From NCBI GenBank assembly GCA_963749155.1, contig CAVVLO010000002.1, positions 992,001-1,056,000 on the forward strand: a stretch of DNA of 64,000 nt, given 5' to 3'. A program made the translations under genes and the position numbers. Positions 9,848-19,051 of the stretch are shown one piece after another; positions within the stretch are counted from its first letter, which is position 1; the number at the start of each line of letters is the position of its first letter. The DNA is from an uncultured Armatimonadia bacterium. Its GTDB lineage: Bacteria; Armatimonadota; Zipacnadia; CAVVLO01. The notes below the pieces were generated by a model. The model was not told where the DNA came from. It was given only the letters and a program-made list of their open reading frames with translations, and did not search any database.

Positions 9848-10954
9848 ATGAAACCGCATCGATTGATACTGGTAGCCCTTGGGCTCTGTCTGATATCGGC
9901 ACTCGGCTGGGCCGGGTCTGTCACAGGGATTGTCTTTCTGGATGAAAATGCTAGTGGCGCTCGTGAAGCAGGTGAGGCAGGCATCGCAGGAGTGCAGGTC
10001 TCGGATGGCTTCACTCTTGCCCAGACAAATGCCGAGGGAACTTATGCCTTGACTGTGCCTGAGGGATATGCGGTGGTGCGGGTCACTAATCCAACCGGTT
10101 ATTGGTTCTCAGGACCTTTCTGGAAAGGCTTCGAATCAACCAGTGAGCCAATACAGGCCGATTTTGCGCTCATAAAGCAGGAGCAATCGCTGCCGGTGAC
10201 GTTTGCTGATATGACTGACGTCCACGTAAACGATACGGGTTTCCCGCGTTTCCAGGAGTTTATTGGACGCCTTAACGCGCAAGAACCTGCTCCGGCTTTC
10301 GTCATTGCGACAGGCGACCTGGTGATGGATGTACTGGGAGCGAAGACACCAGAACAAGTTGATCATCTTTATGGACTATACGAAACCGCCACGGCTGACC
10401 TCAAGCTGCGTCTTTTCAACTTGCCAGGCAACCACGAGCATGTCGGGTGGAATAGCGATTTTGATCGCGCCCATCCCTGGTTTGCCAAAGGCGCTTATCA
10501 GCGCAAGCTTGGGCCCCTTTATTACTCTCTTAATTATGGGCCTTATCATTTGCTGCTGCTGGACGCGACTACCCAGAATCCTGACGGTGGCTATTTCGAA
10601 GAGATCACCCCTGATTGCCTGGCCTGGCTCGAACAAGAGCTTGCCGCTACGCCGAAAGACTCGTTTCTCGTAGTGTTTGCCCATGAGCCCTTTTACGGCC
10701 TGCGTAATCGCTTCGCCCTGGGCAAATTGCTGACACGCGACCATAAGGTGGTTGCCTGCTTCAGTGGTCATACTCACAACCGGGACCATTATTACTTCTT
10801 TGGGGCGAAGGCCGAAGGCGCAGGAGCGGTCAGCGGTAGTTGGTGGAATGGCCCTAGTCCCGATGGCACTCCTGAAGGCTGCCTGCTTGTGACACTCGGG
10901 CCGCAGGGCATCGTGGACTGGACTTTCCTTGAAGGCTTCCCCAAAGTCGAATAA
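9848..10954 (+). CDS. secreted calcineurin-like metallophosphoesterase with N-terminal SdrD-B/MetallophosN-type domain
   Basis: signal peptide; GIVFLDENASG, GVQVSDG; DVH, TGDL, GNHE, AHEP, GHTH. Confidence 0.85.
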   Translation: MKPHRLILVALGLCLISALGWAGSVTGIVFLDENASGAREAGEAGIAGVQVSDGFTLAQTNAEGTYALTVPEGYAVVRVTNPTGYWFSGPFWKGFESTSEPIQADFALIKQEQSLPVTFADMTDVHVNDTGFPRFQEFIGRLNAQEPAPAFVIATGDLVMDVLGAKTPEQVDHLYGLYETATADLKLRLFNLPGNHEHVGWNSDFDRAHPWFAKGAYQRKLGPLYYSLNYGPYHLLLLDATTQNPDGGYFEEITPDCLAWLEQELAATPKDSFLVVFAHEPFYGLRNRFALGKLLTRDHKVVACFSGHTHNRDHYYFFGAKAEGAGAVSGSWWNGPSPDGTPEGCLLVTLGPQGIVDWTFLEGFPKVE

Positions 10955-11013
10955 CACTTTGTAAATTATCTGAAAATAGTCCTCTTGCGGTCGCCTTCGG
11001 GCGGCCGCAACTC

Positions 11014-11043
11014 TTGGCAACTCGTTTTGTCTCAAGTTATAAT
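11014..11043 (+). promoter_or_regulatory. sigma70-type promoter of OmpM unit 1
   Basis: TTGGCA-N18-TATAAT; the same -35 hexamer precedes all three units. Confidence 0.65.
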
Positions 11044-11067
11044 GCGGCAGTTGGGCTAGCCGAAGGA

Positions 11068-11177
11068 CGCTGGCAATCCGGTCGAGAAGGAGGTGCCCCC
11101 CGAGGCCACGCAAAAGCGTCACTCAAGTCAACCACTCAAGCTCAAAAAAGCCAAAGAGAGGCAACATGGTAACTCTC
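11068..11177 (+). ncRNA. conserved 5'-leader motif, copy 1 (candidate cis-regulatory RNA)
   Basis: blocks GGYAATC-GGYC-GGAGGTG-AGGCCACGC-AAGTC-GAGGCAAC-NNGGNNACTC shared with 15003-15105 and 18860-18969. Confidence 0.55.
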
Positions 11178-11255
11178 AAAGGCCGTCGGGCTTTGCAGGT
11201 TGATGCTGGAGTTTTCCCAACTCGCAGTAAACAACCATATGGGGGTTACACCAAA

Positions 11256-12991
11256 GTGAAAAAACTCGCAATCGCAGTAGTAGCGCTAGCGCTACTCGCG
11301 CTCGTGCTTGCCCCCGCGATGGCCAAGGATATGCCCGATGTTCCGTTCACCCACTGGGCCTATGACGCAGTGGACGAACTCACCGACATCGGCATTCTGC
11401 AGGGCTATCCGGACGGCACCTACAAAGGCCAGAGGACTCTTACCCGCTATGAGTTCGCCGAGGCCACAGTCAAGCTCGTGCATTACCTCGAGAACTACGT
11501 AGACGAAAAGACCGCCGCCCTGGAGGCTGGCGTTGACGCCGCCGAGGCGCGCGCTATCGCCAAGGACGAGGCCGCCAAAGCCGTTGCGGCCATCAAGCTG
11601 CCGACCTTCGACATGACGATGGATCAGGTTCGGGCCGCCGCTGCCGCCGCTGGCGCGCAGGCTGCCAAAGACGCCCTGGCCGGTATGAGCCCTGGCGTTA
11701 CCAAAGCCGAGGTTCAGGCCATGATCGATGGCGCAGTGCGCAACCTCGTGACCAAAGACTACGTTGACAACCTGGCCGCGGAGTTCCGCGCCGATATCCA
11801 GGAGCTTGGCGTAGATGTCGACGATCTGATGTATCGCGTCGACCAGCTCGAAGCCAAGCTTGTTGCCCTCGATGGCCGCGTATACGCCCTCGAGAACAAG
11901 CCTGACAAGGTCACTGGCAACCTCAAGTGGCGCGTCGGCACCGCCGAAGCCGTCAATGGCATGTATGTCGGCAACTGGGAGCGTTTCAGCAACCTGGAAG
12001 TGCGCGTCAACATCGACGGCAAGATCTCCGACAAGGCCCAGGGCCATATCGGTATCTGGCGTCCGGATGCCACCTATGACTGGGACAACCGCGGCACCCA
12101 CATCGACACCGCTTACGTAGATGTCCAGGACGGCCTGTTCAAGGGCGTAGACTGGCGCTTCGGCAAGCAGTACTACAAGACCGGCTGCGGCCTGACCTTC
12201 GACAACAATACCATCCCCGCAGAGGCCATCAAAGCCAACTTCACGCTGGCTGGCATCGACTTCACCGCTCTGCTGGGCTTCATCGACTCCTCGGCCCCAA
12301 GTTGGTTCAACTCGGGCGACGAGGAAGAGATCCAGGTCTACTCGGCTGCTTACGACTTTGGCCGACTTGGCCTGGTGGGCACGCTACTGCAGCGGGCCGA
12401 CTTCTATGGCGACTATGAAGCCGAGCGCTGGGGCATCGCCGCGATGTACGATGGGCTGGATATCCCGTTCTTCGGGCTCCAGGCTGATGTCGCTGGCGAG
12501 TATACGCAGCTCAAGGACTGGGTCGCGGACAACGCCTGGTACCTCGAAGCCAAGATCGCCGGGGCTGGCTATGAGCCTGGCGACCTGATGCTGAAGGCGA
12601 CCTTCTCCGACAACGAGGACATCTGGTACTGGCTGCGCAGTCGGCGTCAACTACAACGGCATGGTTATGTACAACGGCCTTGCCTGGGACTGGCTCCTGG
12701 ACGACAACAGCGTAATCGGCACCTACGGCGGCAAGACCTGGAGCGCCGCTCTCTCCAAGGACCTCGGTGGCATGGATGCGTTGCTGCGCTGGGTACGTTT
12801 CGACGATGGTCAGCCTTTGGATGATAACGGCTATTTCCGGGCCTGGTGATAGTGCCGACCTGTGGCAACTCAGCCTGACCAAGGAGATCGCCAAGGGCGT
12901 AGACGCCAAGCTGACTTATGCTCTGCTCGATGACGATTACCTGGATGACAGGTTCGACTACTTCGCTGGCTCCATCGACGTGAGCTTCTAA
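11256..12991 (+). CDS. OmpM/SlpA-like SLH-stalk-beta-barrel protein, type A copy 1 (two +1 frameshifts at ~12642 and ~12848)
   Basis: GTG start; signal peptide; SLH motif DVPFTHWAYDAV...GYPDGTYKG...TRYEFA; coiled coil; C-terminal IDVSF; otherwise nearly identical to intact 19052-20785. Confidence 0.85.
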
Positions 12992-13005
12992 CTGGCAAAA
13001 GCAAC

Positions 13006-13031
13006 TGGGGGCGGGGTTCGCCTCGCCCCCA
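13006..13031 (+). other. GC-rich UUCG hairpin between A and B genes (copies at 16951-16976 and 20800-20825)
   Basis: TGGGGGCGRGG-TTCG-CCTCGCCCCCA; copy 2 turns a G.U pair into A-U; no U-tract. Confidence 0.75.
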
Positions 13032-13052
13032 CTCCCTAAGGGGGATATACTA

Positions 13053-14879
13053 ATGAAGACACTAGCACTGGCAGTGACCATGTTGTTGATGGTTGCTTTG
13101 CTCGTGCCAGCCGTCGCCAAGGATATGCCGGACGTGCCCTTCGGTCACTGGGCCTACGACGCGGTGGACGAACTCACCGATCTGGGCGTAGTCGAAGGTT
13201 ATCCGGATGGCACTTTCAAAGGCGACCGGACCTGGACGCGCTATGAATTCGCGGTAATGCTCACGCGGATGATCGACTTCCTGGAGGACTACCTTGATTC
13301 GAAGGTAGCCGGGATGGATATGGGCATCACCGAGTCGGCGGCTCGCGCCATCGCTCGGGAAGAGGCCCAGAAAGCTGCCGCGGGCGTGCAACTGCCTGAC
13401 GTCGCGGCTTTCATGAACCAGGTTAACAGCACCGCCACCTCGGCTGGAGCAGCAGCGGCTCGCGAAGCGCTTGCGGGCTACAAGCCAGGCATCTCGAAGG
13501 CCGAGGCGCAGGCAATGATCGACGCCGCGGTCAAGAACTTCGTGGACAAGGGCGCCCTCGATGCGATGGCGCAGGAGTTCCGCGGCGAGCTTGCGATGCT
13601 GGGCGCCGACGTGGACGACCTGATGTACAGGGTCGACGCGCTGGAGACCAAGTTCGCGGCCCTCGAAGCGCGGGTAACCGCCCTCGAGAACAAGCCCGAC
13701 AAAGTCACTGGCGTAATCGAGTGGAAAGCTGGCACCAACGAGTTCCCCGAGACTGGCGAGATCAATCCCAATGAGAACCTTGTTGGACTCGGTGCGCCTG
13801 CCCGCGACTATCTACCCGCTGGCCCAGGCTGGAACCGCTTCAGCAATCTCTCGGTCAAGGTAAACATCGACGGTAAAATCAGCGACAAGGCTCAGGGCCA
13901 TATCACTCTGTGGCGTCCCGATGCCACCTACGATTATATGGGCCGGGGCACCCACATCGACACTGCTTACGTGGATGTCCAGGATGGCCTTTTCAAGGGC
14001 GTAGACTGGCGTCTTGGCAAGCAGTATTTCAAGACAGGCTGTGGCCTGGTATTCGACAATGACCTGTTCCCTTCAGAAGCTGCCAAGCTGAGCTTTAATC
14101 TTGGCGGACTAGATCTGACTGGCTTCTTCGGCTGGACCGACTTCAGTCCAATGGAGGAAGCGTCCGAAGAACCGACCTATGTTGGCGAGGCCAAGTATAG
14201 CTTCGGACGACTCGACCTGGACGGTACCTATATGTTCAGGGGCGAAGGCGGCGCCAGGCGCTGGGGCATCGCGGCTGGGTACGAAGGGCTGGACGTGCCC
14301 TTCTTTGGGCTCAAAGCCAATGTCAAGGGCGAATGGGCTTCGATCGTAGATGCAATAGGGGGCGGAGTGCTGCCTCCTGGTATCTCGGACGAGGCTTATT
14401 ATGCCCGCGCAGATATCATGGGCAAGGGTTGGGAACCAGGCGACTGGATGTTTACAACCACCTGGGCCGAGCAGCAGCTTGGTTATCTGGCCCTCCTCAA
14501 CAGCACCCATCCATATAGCCTGGGCGTTCTCTACAATGGCTTGCCCTGGGACTATATGCTCAGCGACAACGTGACAATGGGCCAGCCTGGCATGTTCGCT
14601 TATAGCGCTGGGCTGTCTGGAGAACTGGCTAATATGCCTGTCAGTCTCCGTTGGGCGCGTTGGTCACCAACTGGAGCTTTGCTGGCTGCACTCGGCGCTC
14701 CAGCCGGCGTAGACTTCGACATCGACGTCTACCAGGTGACCCTCGACAAGGAACTGGCAGAAGGAGTTATGGCTCGCCTTACCTGGGCCAACTTCAAGCC
14801 AAGCATCGACTCTCCAGTTCCTATACCCTACGACCTGGAAGCGCAGTACGTTGGTGGTTCCATCAACGTGCTGTTCTAA
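13053..14879 (+). CDS. OmpM/SlpA-like SLH-stalk-beta-barrel protein, type B copy 1
   Basis: signal peptide; DVPFGHWAYDAV...GYPDGTFKG...TRYEFA; coiled coil; C-terminal INVLF. Confidence 0.88.
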   Translation: MKTLALAVTMLLMVALLVPAVAKDMPDVPFGHWAYDAVDELTDLGVVEGYPDGTFKGDRTWTRYEFAVMLTRMIDFLEDYLDSKVAGMDMGITESAARAIAREEAQKAAAGVQLPDVAAFMNQVNSTATSAGAAAAREALAGYKPGISKAEAQAMIDAAVKNFVDKGALDAMAQEFRGELAMLGADVDDLMYRVDALETKFAALEARVTALENKPDKVTGVIEWKAGTNEFPETGEINPNENLVGLGAPARDYLPAGPGWNRFSNLSVKVNIDGKISDKAQGHITLWRPDATYDYMGRGTHIDTAYVDVQDGLFKGVDWRLGKQYFKTGCGLVFDNDLFPSEAAKLSFNLGGLDLTGFFGWTDFSPMEEASEEPTYVGEAKYSFGRLDLDGTYMFRGEGGARRWGIAAGYEGLDVPFFGLKANVKGEWASIVDAIGGGVLPPGISDEAYYARADIMGKGWEPGDWMFTTTWAEQQLGYLALLNSTHPYSLGVLYNGLPWDYMLSDNVTMGQPGMFAYSAGLSGELANMPVSLRWARWSPTGALLAALGAPAGVDFDIDVYQVTLDKELAEGVMARLTWANFKPSIDSPVPIPYDLEAQYVGGSINVLF

Positions 14880-14901
14880 GCAACATTCAAACCCGCAACA
14901 G

Positions 14902-14935
14902 AGAGTCCGGGGCTTCGGCTTCGGACTCTTTTTTT
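14902..14935 (+). terminator. intrinsic terminator of unit 1
   Basis: AGAGTCCGGGGC-TTCG-GCTTCGGACTCT followed by a T-run. Confidence 0.85.
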
Positions 14936-14945
14936 GTGATATGGG

Positions 14946-14974
14946 TTGGCAGAAAAGCAATCTCGTATTACAAT
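14946..14974 (+). promoter_or_regulatory. sigma70-type promoter of OmpM unit 2
   Basis: TTGGCA-N17-TACAAT. Confidence 0.65.
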
Positions 14975-15002
14975 ATTTTACAGAAGTTTTACAGAGAGCT
15001 GC

Positions 15003-15105
15003 GGTAATCGGGCCACCAGGGAGGTGAGCTTCGAGGCCACGCCAAGTTCTCAAATAAGTCACTTCGTGGGCAGTCCGAGAGTAGGACGAGGCAACACGGT
15101 GACTC
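15003..15105 (+). ncRNA. conserved 5'-leader motif, copy 2 (most divergent)
   Basis: GGTAATC-GGGCC-GGAGGTG-AGGCCACGC-AAGTC-GAGGCAACACGGTGACTC. Confidence 0.55.
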
Positions 15106-15175
15106 CTCTACCCTCGTGACTTCCCTATAACGATTAAGTTCGTCAGGTAATATCCCAAATTAGGGGGGGTCATAA

Positions 15176-16936
15176 GTGAAACCACTTGCAGCTACGGTAG
15201 TAGCGCTAGCGCTACTCGCGCTCGTGCTTGCCCCCGCGATGGCCAAGGATATGCCCGATGTTCCGTTCACCCACTGGGCCTATGACGCAGTGGACGAACT
15301 CACCGACATCGGCATTCTGCAGGGCTATCCGGACGGCACCTACAAAGGCCAGAGGACTCTTACCCGCTATGAGTTCGCCGAGGCCACAGTCAAGCTCGTG
15401 CATTACCTCGAGAACTACGTAGACGAAAAGACCGCCGCCCTGGAGGCTGGCGTTGACGCCGCCGAGGCGCGCGCTATCGCCAAGGACGAGGCCGCCAAAG
15501 CAGTCGCGGCCATCAAGCTGCCGACCTTCGACATGACGATGGATCAGGTTCGGGCCGCCGCTGCCGCCGCTGGCGCGCAGGCTGCCAAAGACGCCCTGGC
15601 CGGTATGAGCCCTGGCGTTACCAAAGCCGAGGTTCAGGCCATGATTGATGGCGCAGTGCGCAACCTCGTGACCAAAGACTACGTTGACAACCTGGCCGCG
15701 GAGTTCCGCGCCGATATCCAGGAGCTTGGCGTTGACGTAGACGATCTGATGTACCGCGTTGACCAGCTCGAAGCCAAACTTGTTGCCCTCGATGGCCGCG
15801 TATACGCCCTCGAGAACAAGCCTGACAAGGTCACTGGCAACCTCAAGTGGCGCGTCGGCACCGCCGAGGCTGCTAATGAGTATTACGATGCCATGTATGG
15901 GTGGATCAACTATCCAGGTAACTGGGAGCGCTTCAGCAACCTGGAAGTGCGCGTCAACATCGATGGCAAGATCTCGGACAAGGCCCAGGGCCATATCGGT
16001 ATCTGGCGTCCAGATGCCACCTATGACTGGGACAACCGTGGCACCCATATCGACACCGCTTACGTGGATGTCCAGGACGGCCTGTTCAAGGGCGTAGACT
16101 GGCGCTTCGGCAAGCAGTATCTGAAGACCGGCTGCGGCCTGACCTTCGACAACAATACCATCCCCGCCGAAGCCATCAAGGCCAACTTCACACTGGCTGG
16201 TATCGACTTCACCGCTCTGCTGGGCTTCATCGATGCCTCCGACCCGAGCTACTTTATGAGTGGCGACGAGGAAGAGATCCAGGTCTACTCGGCTGCTTAC
16301 AGCTTCGGCCGGCTTGGCCTGGTGGGTACGCTGCTCGAGCGCGCTGATTTCTATGGCGACTACGAAGCCGAGCGCTGGGGCATCGCCGCGATGTACGATG
16401 GGCTGGATATCCCGTTCTTCGGACTCCAGGCTGACGTCGCTGGCGAGTATACCCAGCTTGAGGACTGGGTTGCAGACAACGCCTGGTACCTCGAAGCCAA
16501 GATCGCCAAGAAGGGTTACGAGCCTGGCGACCTGATGCTGAAGGCGACCTTCTCCGACAACGAGGACATCTGGTACTGGCTTCGTTCGGCTGTCAACTAC
16601 AATGGCATGGTGCTGTATAACGGCCTTGCCTGGGACTGGATCCTGGACGACAACAGCCTGGTAGGCACCTTCGGCGGCAAGACCTGGAGCGCCGCTCTCT
16701 CCAAGGACCTCGGTGGCGTAGACGCACTGCTGCGCTGGGTGCGTTACACTGACAGCCAACCGCTCGATGACAATGGCAACTTCTGGACCTACGATGACGC
16801 CGACCTGTGGCAACTCAGCCTGACCAAGGAGATCGCCAAAGGTGTAGACGCCAAGCTGACCTATGCCCAACTCAATGACAAAGCCTTCGATGAGAAGTTC
16901 GACTACTTCGCTGGCTCGATCGACGTGAGTTTCTAA
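15176..16936 (+). CDS. OmpM/SlpA-like protein, type A copy 2
   Basis: same SLH/stalk as other A copies; differs in discrete loop-like segments; C-terminal IDVSF. Confidence 0.88.
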   Translation: MKPLAATVVALALLALVLAPAMAKDMPDVPFTHWAYDAVDELTDIGILQGYPDGTYKGQRTLTRYEFAEATVKLVHYLENYVDEKTAALEAGVDAAEARAIAKDEAAKAVAAIKLPTFDMTMDQVRAAAAAAGAQAAKDALAGMSPGVTKAEVQAMIDGAVRNLVTKDYVDNLAAEFRADIQELGVDVDDLMYRVDQLEAKLVALDGRVYALENKPDKVTGNLKWRVGTAEAANEYYDAMYGWINYPGNWERFSNLEVRVNIDGKISDKAQGHIGIWRPDATYDWDNRGTHIDTAYVDVQDGLFKGVDWRFGKQYLKTGCGLTFDNNTIPAEAIKANFTLAGIDFTALLGFIDASDPSYFMSGDEEEIQVYSAAYSFGRLGLVGTLLERADFYGDYEAERWGIAAMYDGLDIPFFGLQADVAGEYTQLEDWVADNAWYLEAKIAKKGYEPGDLMLKATFSDNEDIWYWLRSAVNYNGMVLYNGLAWDWILDDNSLVGTFGGKTWSAALSKDLGGVDALLRWVRYTDSQPLDDNGNFWTYDDADLWQLSLTKEIAKGVDAKLTYAQLNDKAFDEKFDYFAGSIDVSF

Positions 16937-16999
16937 CTGGCAAAAGCAACTGGGGGCGAGGTTCGCCTCGCCCCCACTCCCTATAAGGGGGATATACTA

Positions 17000-18734
17000 A
17001 TGAAGACACTAGCCTTGGCAGTGACCCTTCTGTTGATGGTCGCTTTGCTCGTGCCAGCCGTCGCCAAGGATATGCCGGACGTGCCCTTCGGTCACTGGGC
17101 CTACGACGCGGTGGACGAACTCACCGATCTGGGCGTAGTCGAAGGTTATCCGGATGGCACTTTCAAAGGCGACCGGACCTGGACGCGCTATGAATTCGCG
17201 GTAATGCTCACGCGGATGATCGACTTCCTGGAGGACTACCTCGATTCGAAGGTAGCCGGGATGGATATGGGCATCACCGAGTCGGCGGCTCGCGCCATCG
17301 CTCGGGAAGAGGCCCAGAAAGCTGCCGCGGGCGTGCAACTGCCTGACGTCGCGGCTTTCATGAACCAGGTTAACAGCACAGCCACCTCGGCAGGTGCAGC
17401 AGCGGCTCGCGAAGCGCTTGCGGGCTACAAGCCGGGCATCTCGAAGGCCGAGGCGCAGGCAATGATCGACGCCGCGGTCAAGAACTTCGTGGACAAGGGC
17501 GCCCTCGATGCGATGGCGCAGGAGTTCCGCGGCGAGCTTGCGATGCTGGGCGCCGACGTGGACGACCTGATGTACAGGGTCGATGCGCTGGAGACCAAGT
17601 TCGCGGCCCTGGAAGCGCGGGTAACCGCCCTCGAGAACAAGCCCGACAAAGTCACTGGCGTAATCGAGTGGAAAGCTGGCTCTGTCGAGCCACTTGGCTT
17701 TGGGATGTATGGGCCATATGCTCGTAGCTGGGAACGTTTCAGCAACCTCTCGGTTAAGATCAACATCGATGGCAAGATCTCCGACAAGGCCCAGGGCCAT
17801 ATCGGTATCTGGCGTCCGGATGCCACCTATGACTGGGACAACCGCGGCACCCATATCGATACCGCTTACGTAGATGTCCAGGACGGCCTGTTCAAGGGCG
17901 TAGACTGGCGTTTTGGCAAGCAGTATTTCAAGACAGGCTATGGCCTGGTTTTTGATAATGACATACAGCCTTCCGAAGCTGTCAAACTCAACTTCCAACT
18001 GGGCGCACTTGATCTGACCGGTTTCTTCGGTTGGACCGATTGCCCCTATGGCTTTGGCGATGAAGATCCAACTTATGTTGGTGAAGCCAAATACAACATC
18101 GGCAGGCTTACACTGGATGGCACGTATGTCTTCCGGTCTGAAGTTGGCGCCAAGCGTTGGGGCATTGCAGCTGGGTACAAGGGGCTCGATGTGCCGTTCT
18201 TCGGCGCTAAAGCTGACCTCAAAGGCGAGTTCGGCGAGGTAATCAACGGCAACGGCGGAGGAGGAGTACCGTCCTCCATCGACAACGCCTATTTTGCGCG
18301 CGCTGACTTTATGGGCAACGGTTATGAGCCAGGCGACTTCAAACTCGGAGTAAGCTGGTCCGAGCAGCAGCGGGCATACCGTCCGTGGCTATGGAGCGGT
18401 TCGACTTATGACCATTATGTCCATTATGGCAGCTCGGCGATCGGCTCAGCCTGGGACTTCCTGCCTAGGCGAGAATTTCCAGGTTGGCGGACTGCTCTCG
18501 GGTACCCGCTGGACTGGCGAGATCGAGAAGGATCTTGGCAACCTAGGCCTGTTCCTTCGTTACGCGCAAATGAAAACTTGGGGTGCTCCTGAATATAGCA
18601 AGCTTTATCAGCTTGCTCTGGACAAGGAACTAGCCGATGGGGTCAACGCCAAGCTGACCTACGCGCGGATTGACTATGGTATGTTGGACACCGAGACCGA
18701 CTACTTCGGCGGCTCCATCAACGTAGACTTCTAA
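17000..18734 (+). CDS. OmpM/SlpA-like protein, type B copy 2 (+1 frameshift at ~18464)
   Basis: ORF 17000 joined to the 18408-18734 frame gives ...WDFLLGENFQ...INVDF. Confidence 0.85.
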
Positions 18735-18759
18735 CCGGTTAGTTCAAGCGACACAAAAG

Positions 18760-18790
18760 AGCCCGGGGCTTCGGCCCCGGGCTTCTGTTT
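18760..18790 (+). terminator. intrinsic terminator of unit 2
   Basis: GCCCGGGGC-TTCG-GCCCCGGGC then TTCTGTTT. Confidence 0.8.
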
Positions 18791-18805
18791 GGGAGGATAC
18801 TACTG

Positions 18806-18834
18806 TTGGCAGAACGTGATTTTCCAGATACAAT
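18806..18834 (+). promoter_or_regulatory. sigma70-type promoter of OmpM unit 3
   Basis: TTGGCA-N17-TACAAT. Confidence 0.65.
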
Positions 18835-18859
18835 AACAACAGGTTGGAAAGCAGAGGGG

Positions 18860-18969
18860 CGCTGGTAATCTGGCCAAAAAGGAGGTGTCCCCCAAGGCCA
18901 CGCCGAGGCGTCACTCAAGTCAGCTCAAAGAGAATCTGAAGGAGAACTCGAGAGGCAACTAGGATACTC
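18860..18969 (+). ncRNA. conserved 5'-leader motif, copy 3
   Basis: GGTAATC-TGGCC-GGAGGTG-AGGCCACGC-AAGTC-GAGGCAACTAGGATACTC. Confidence 0.55.
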
Positions 18970-19051
18970 CCGATCTTCCTCCTTCTTTTCTCCTTGTGAT
19001 GATGCTTGGGTATGCCAACCCGAATGTATACACCAACAAGGGGAAATCAAA

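Larger units (their letters stand above)
11251..13732 (+). repeat. ~2.5-kb near-identical direct repeat (second copy ~19047-21526)
   Basis: whole A gene, intergenic hairpin and 5' half of the B gene match; offset 7796 nt before the two extra bases and 7794 after. Confidence 0.9.

Noticed and set aside
11068..11177. Cobalamin or SAM-I riboswitch for the OmpM leader
   Set aside because: Only fragments resemble them (AATCCGG, TGCCCCC, GCCAC, AAGTC, GGCAAC); GCAACTGT, GGGAAG, AGACCTGCC and the SAM-I P1 elements are missing. A cmscan run is still advisable
11166..11255. N-terminal extensions in the ORF track (starts at 11166, 39730, 40914, 35148, 48640, 53818, 6907, 2930)
   Set aside because: Downstream starts have better RBS, signal peptides or family-typical N-termini
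11014..18834. Sigma54 promoters at the three TTGGCA sites
   Set aside because: No TTGC at the -12 position, whereas TAYAAT lies 17-18 nt downstream, fitting sigma70
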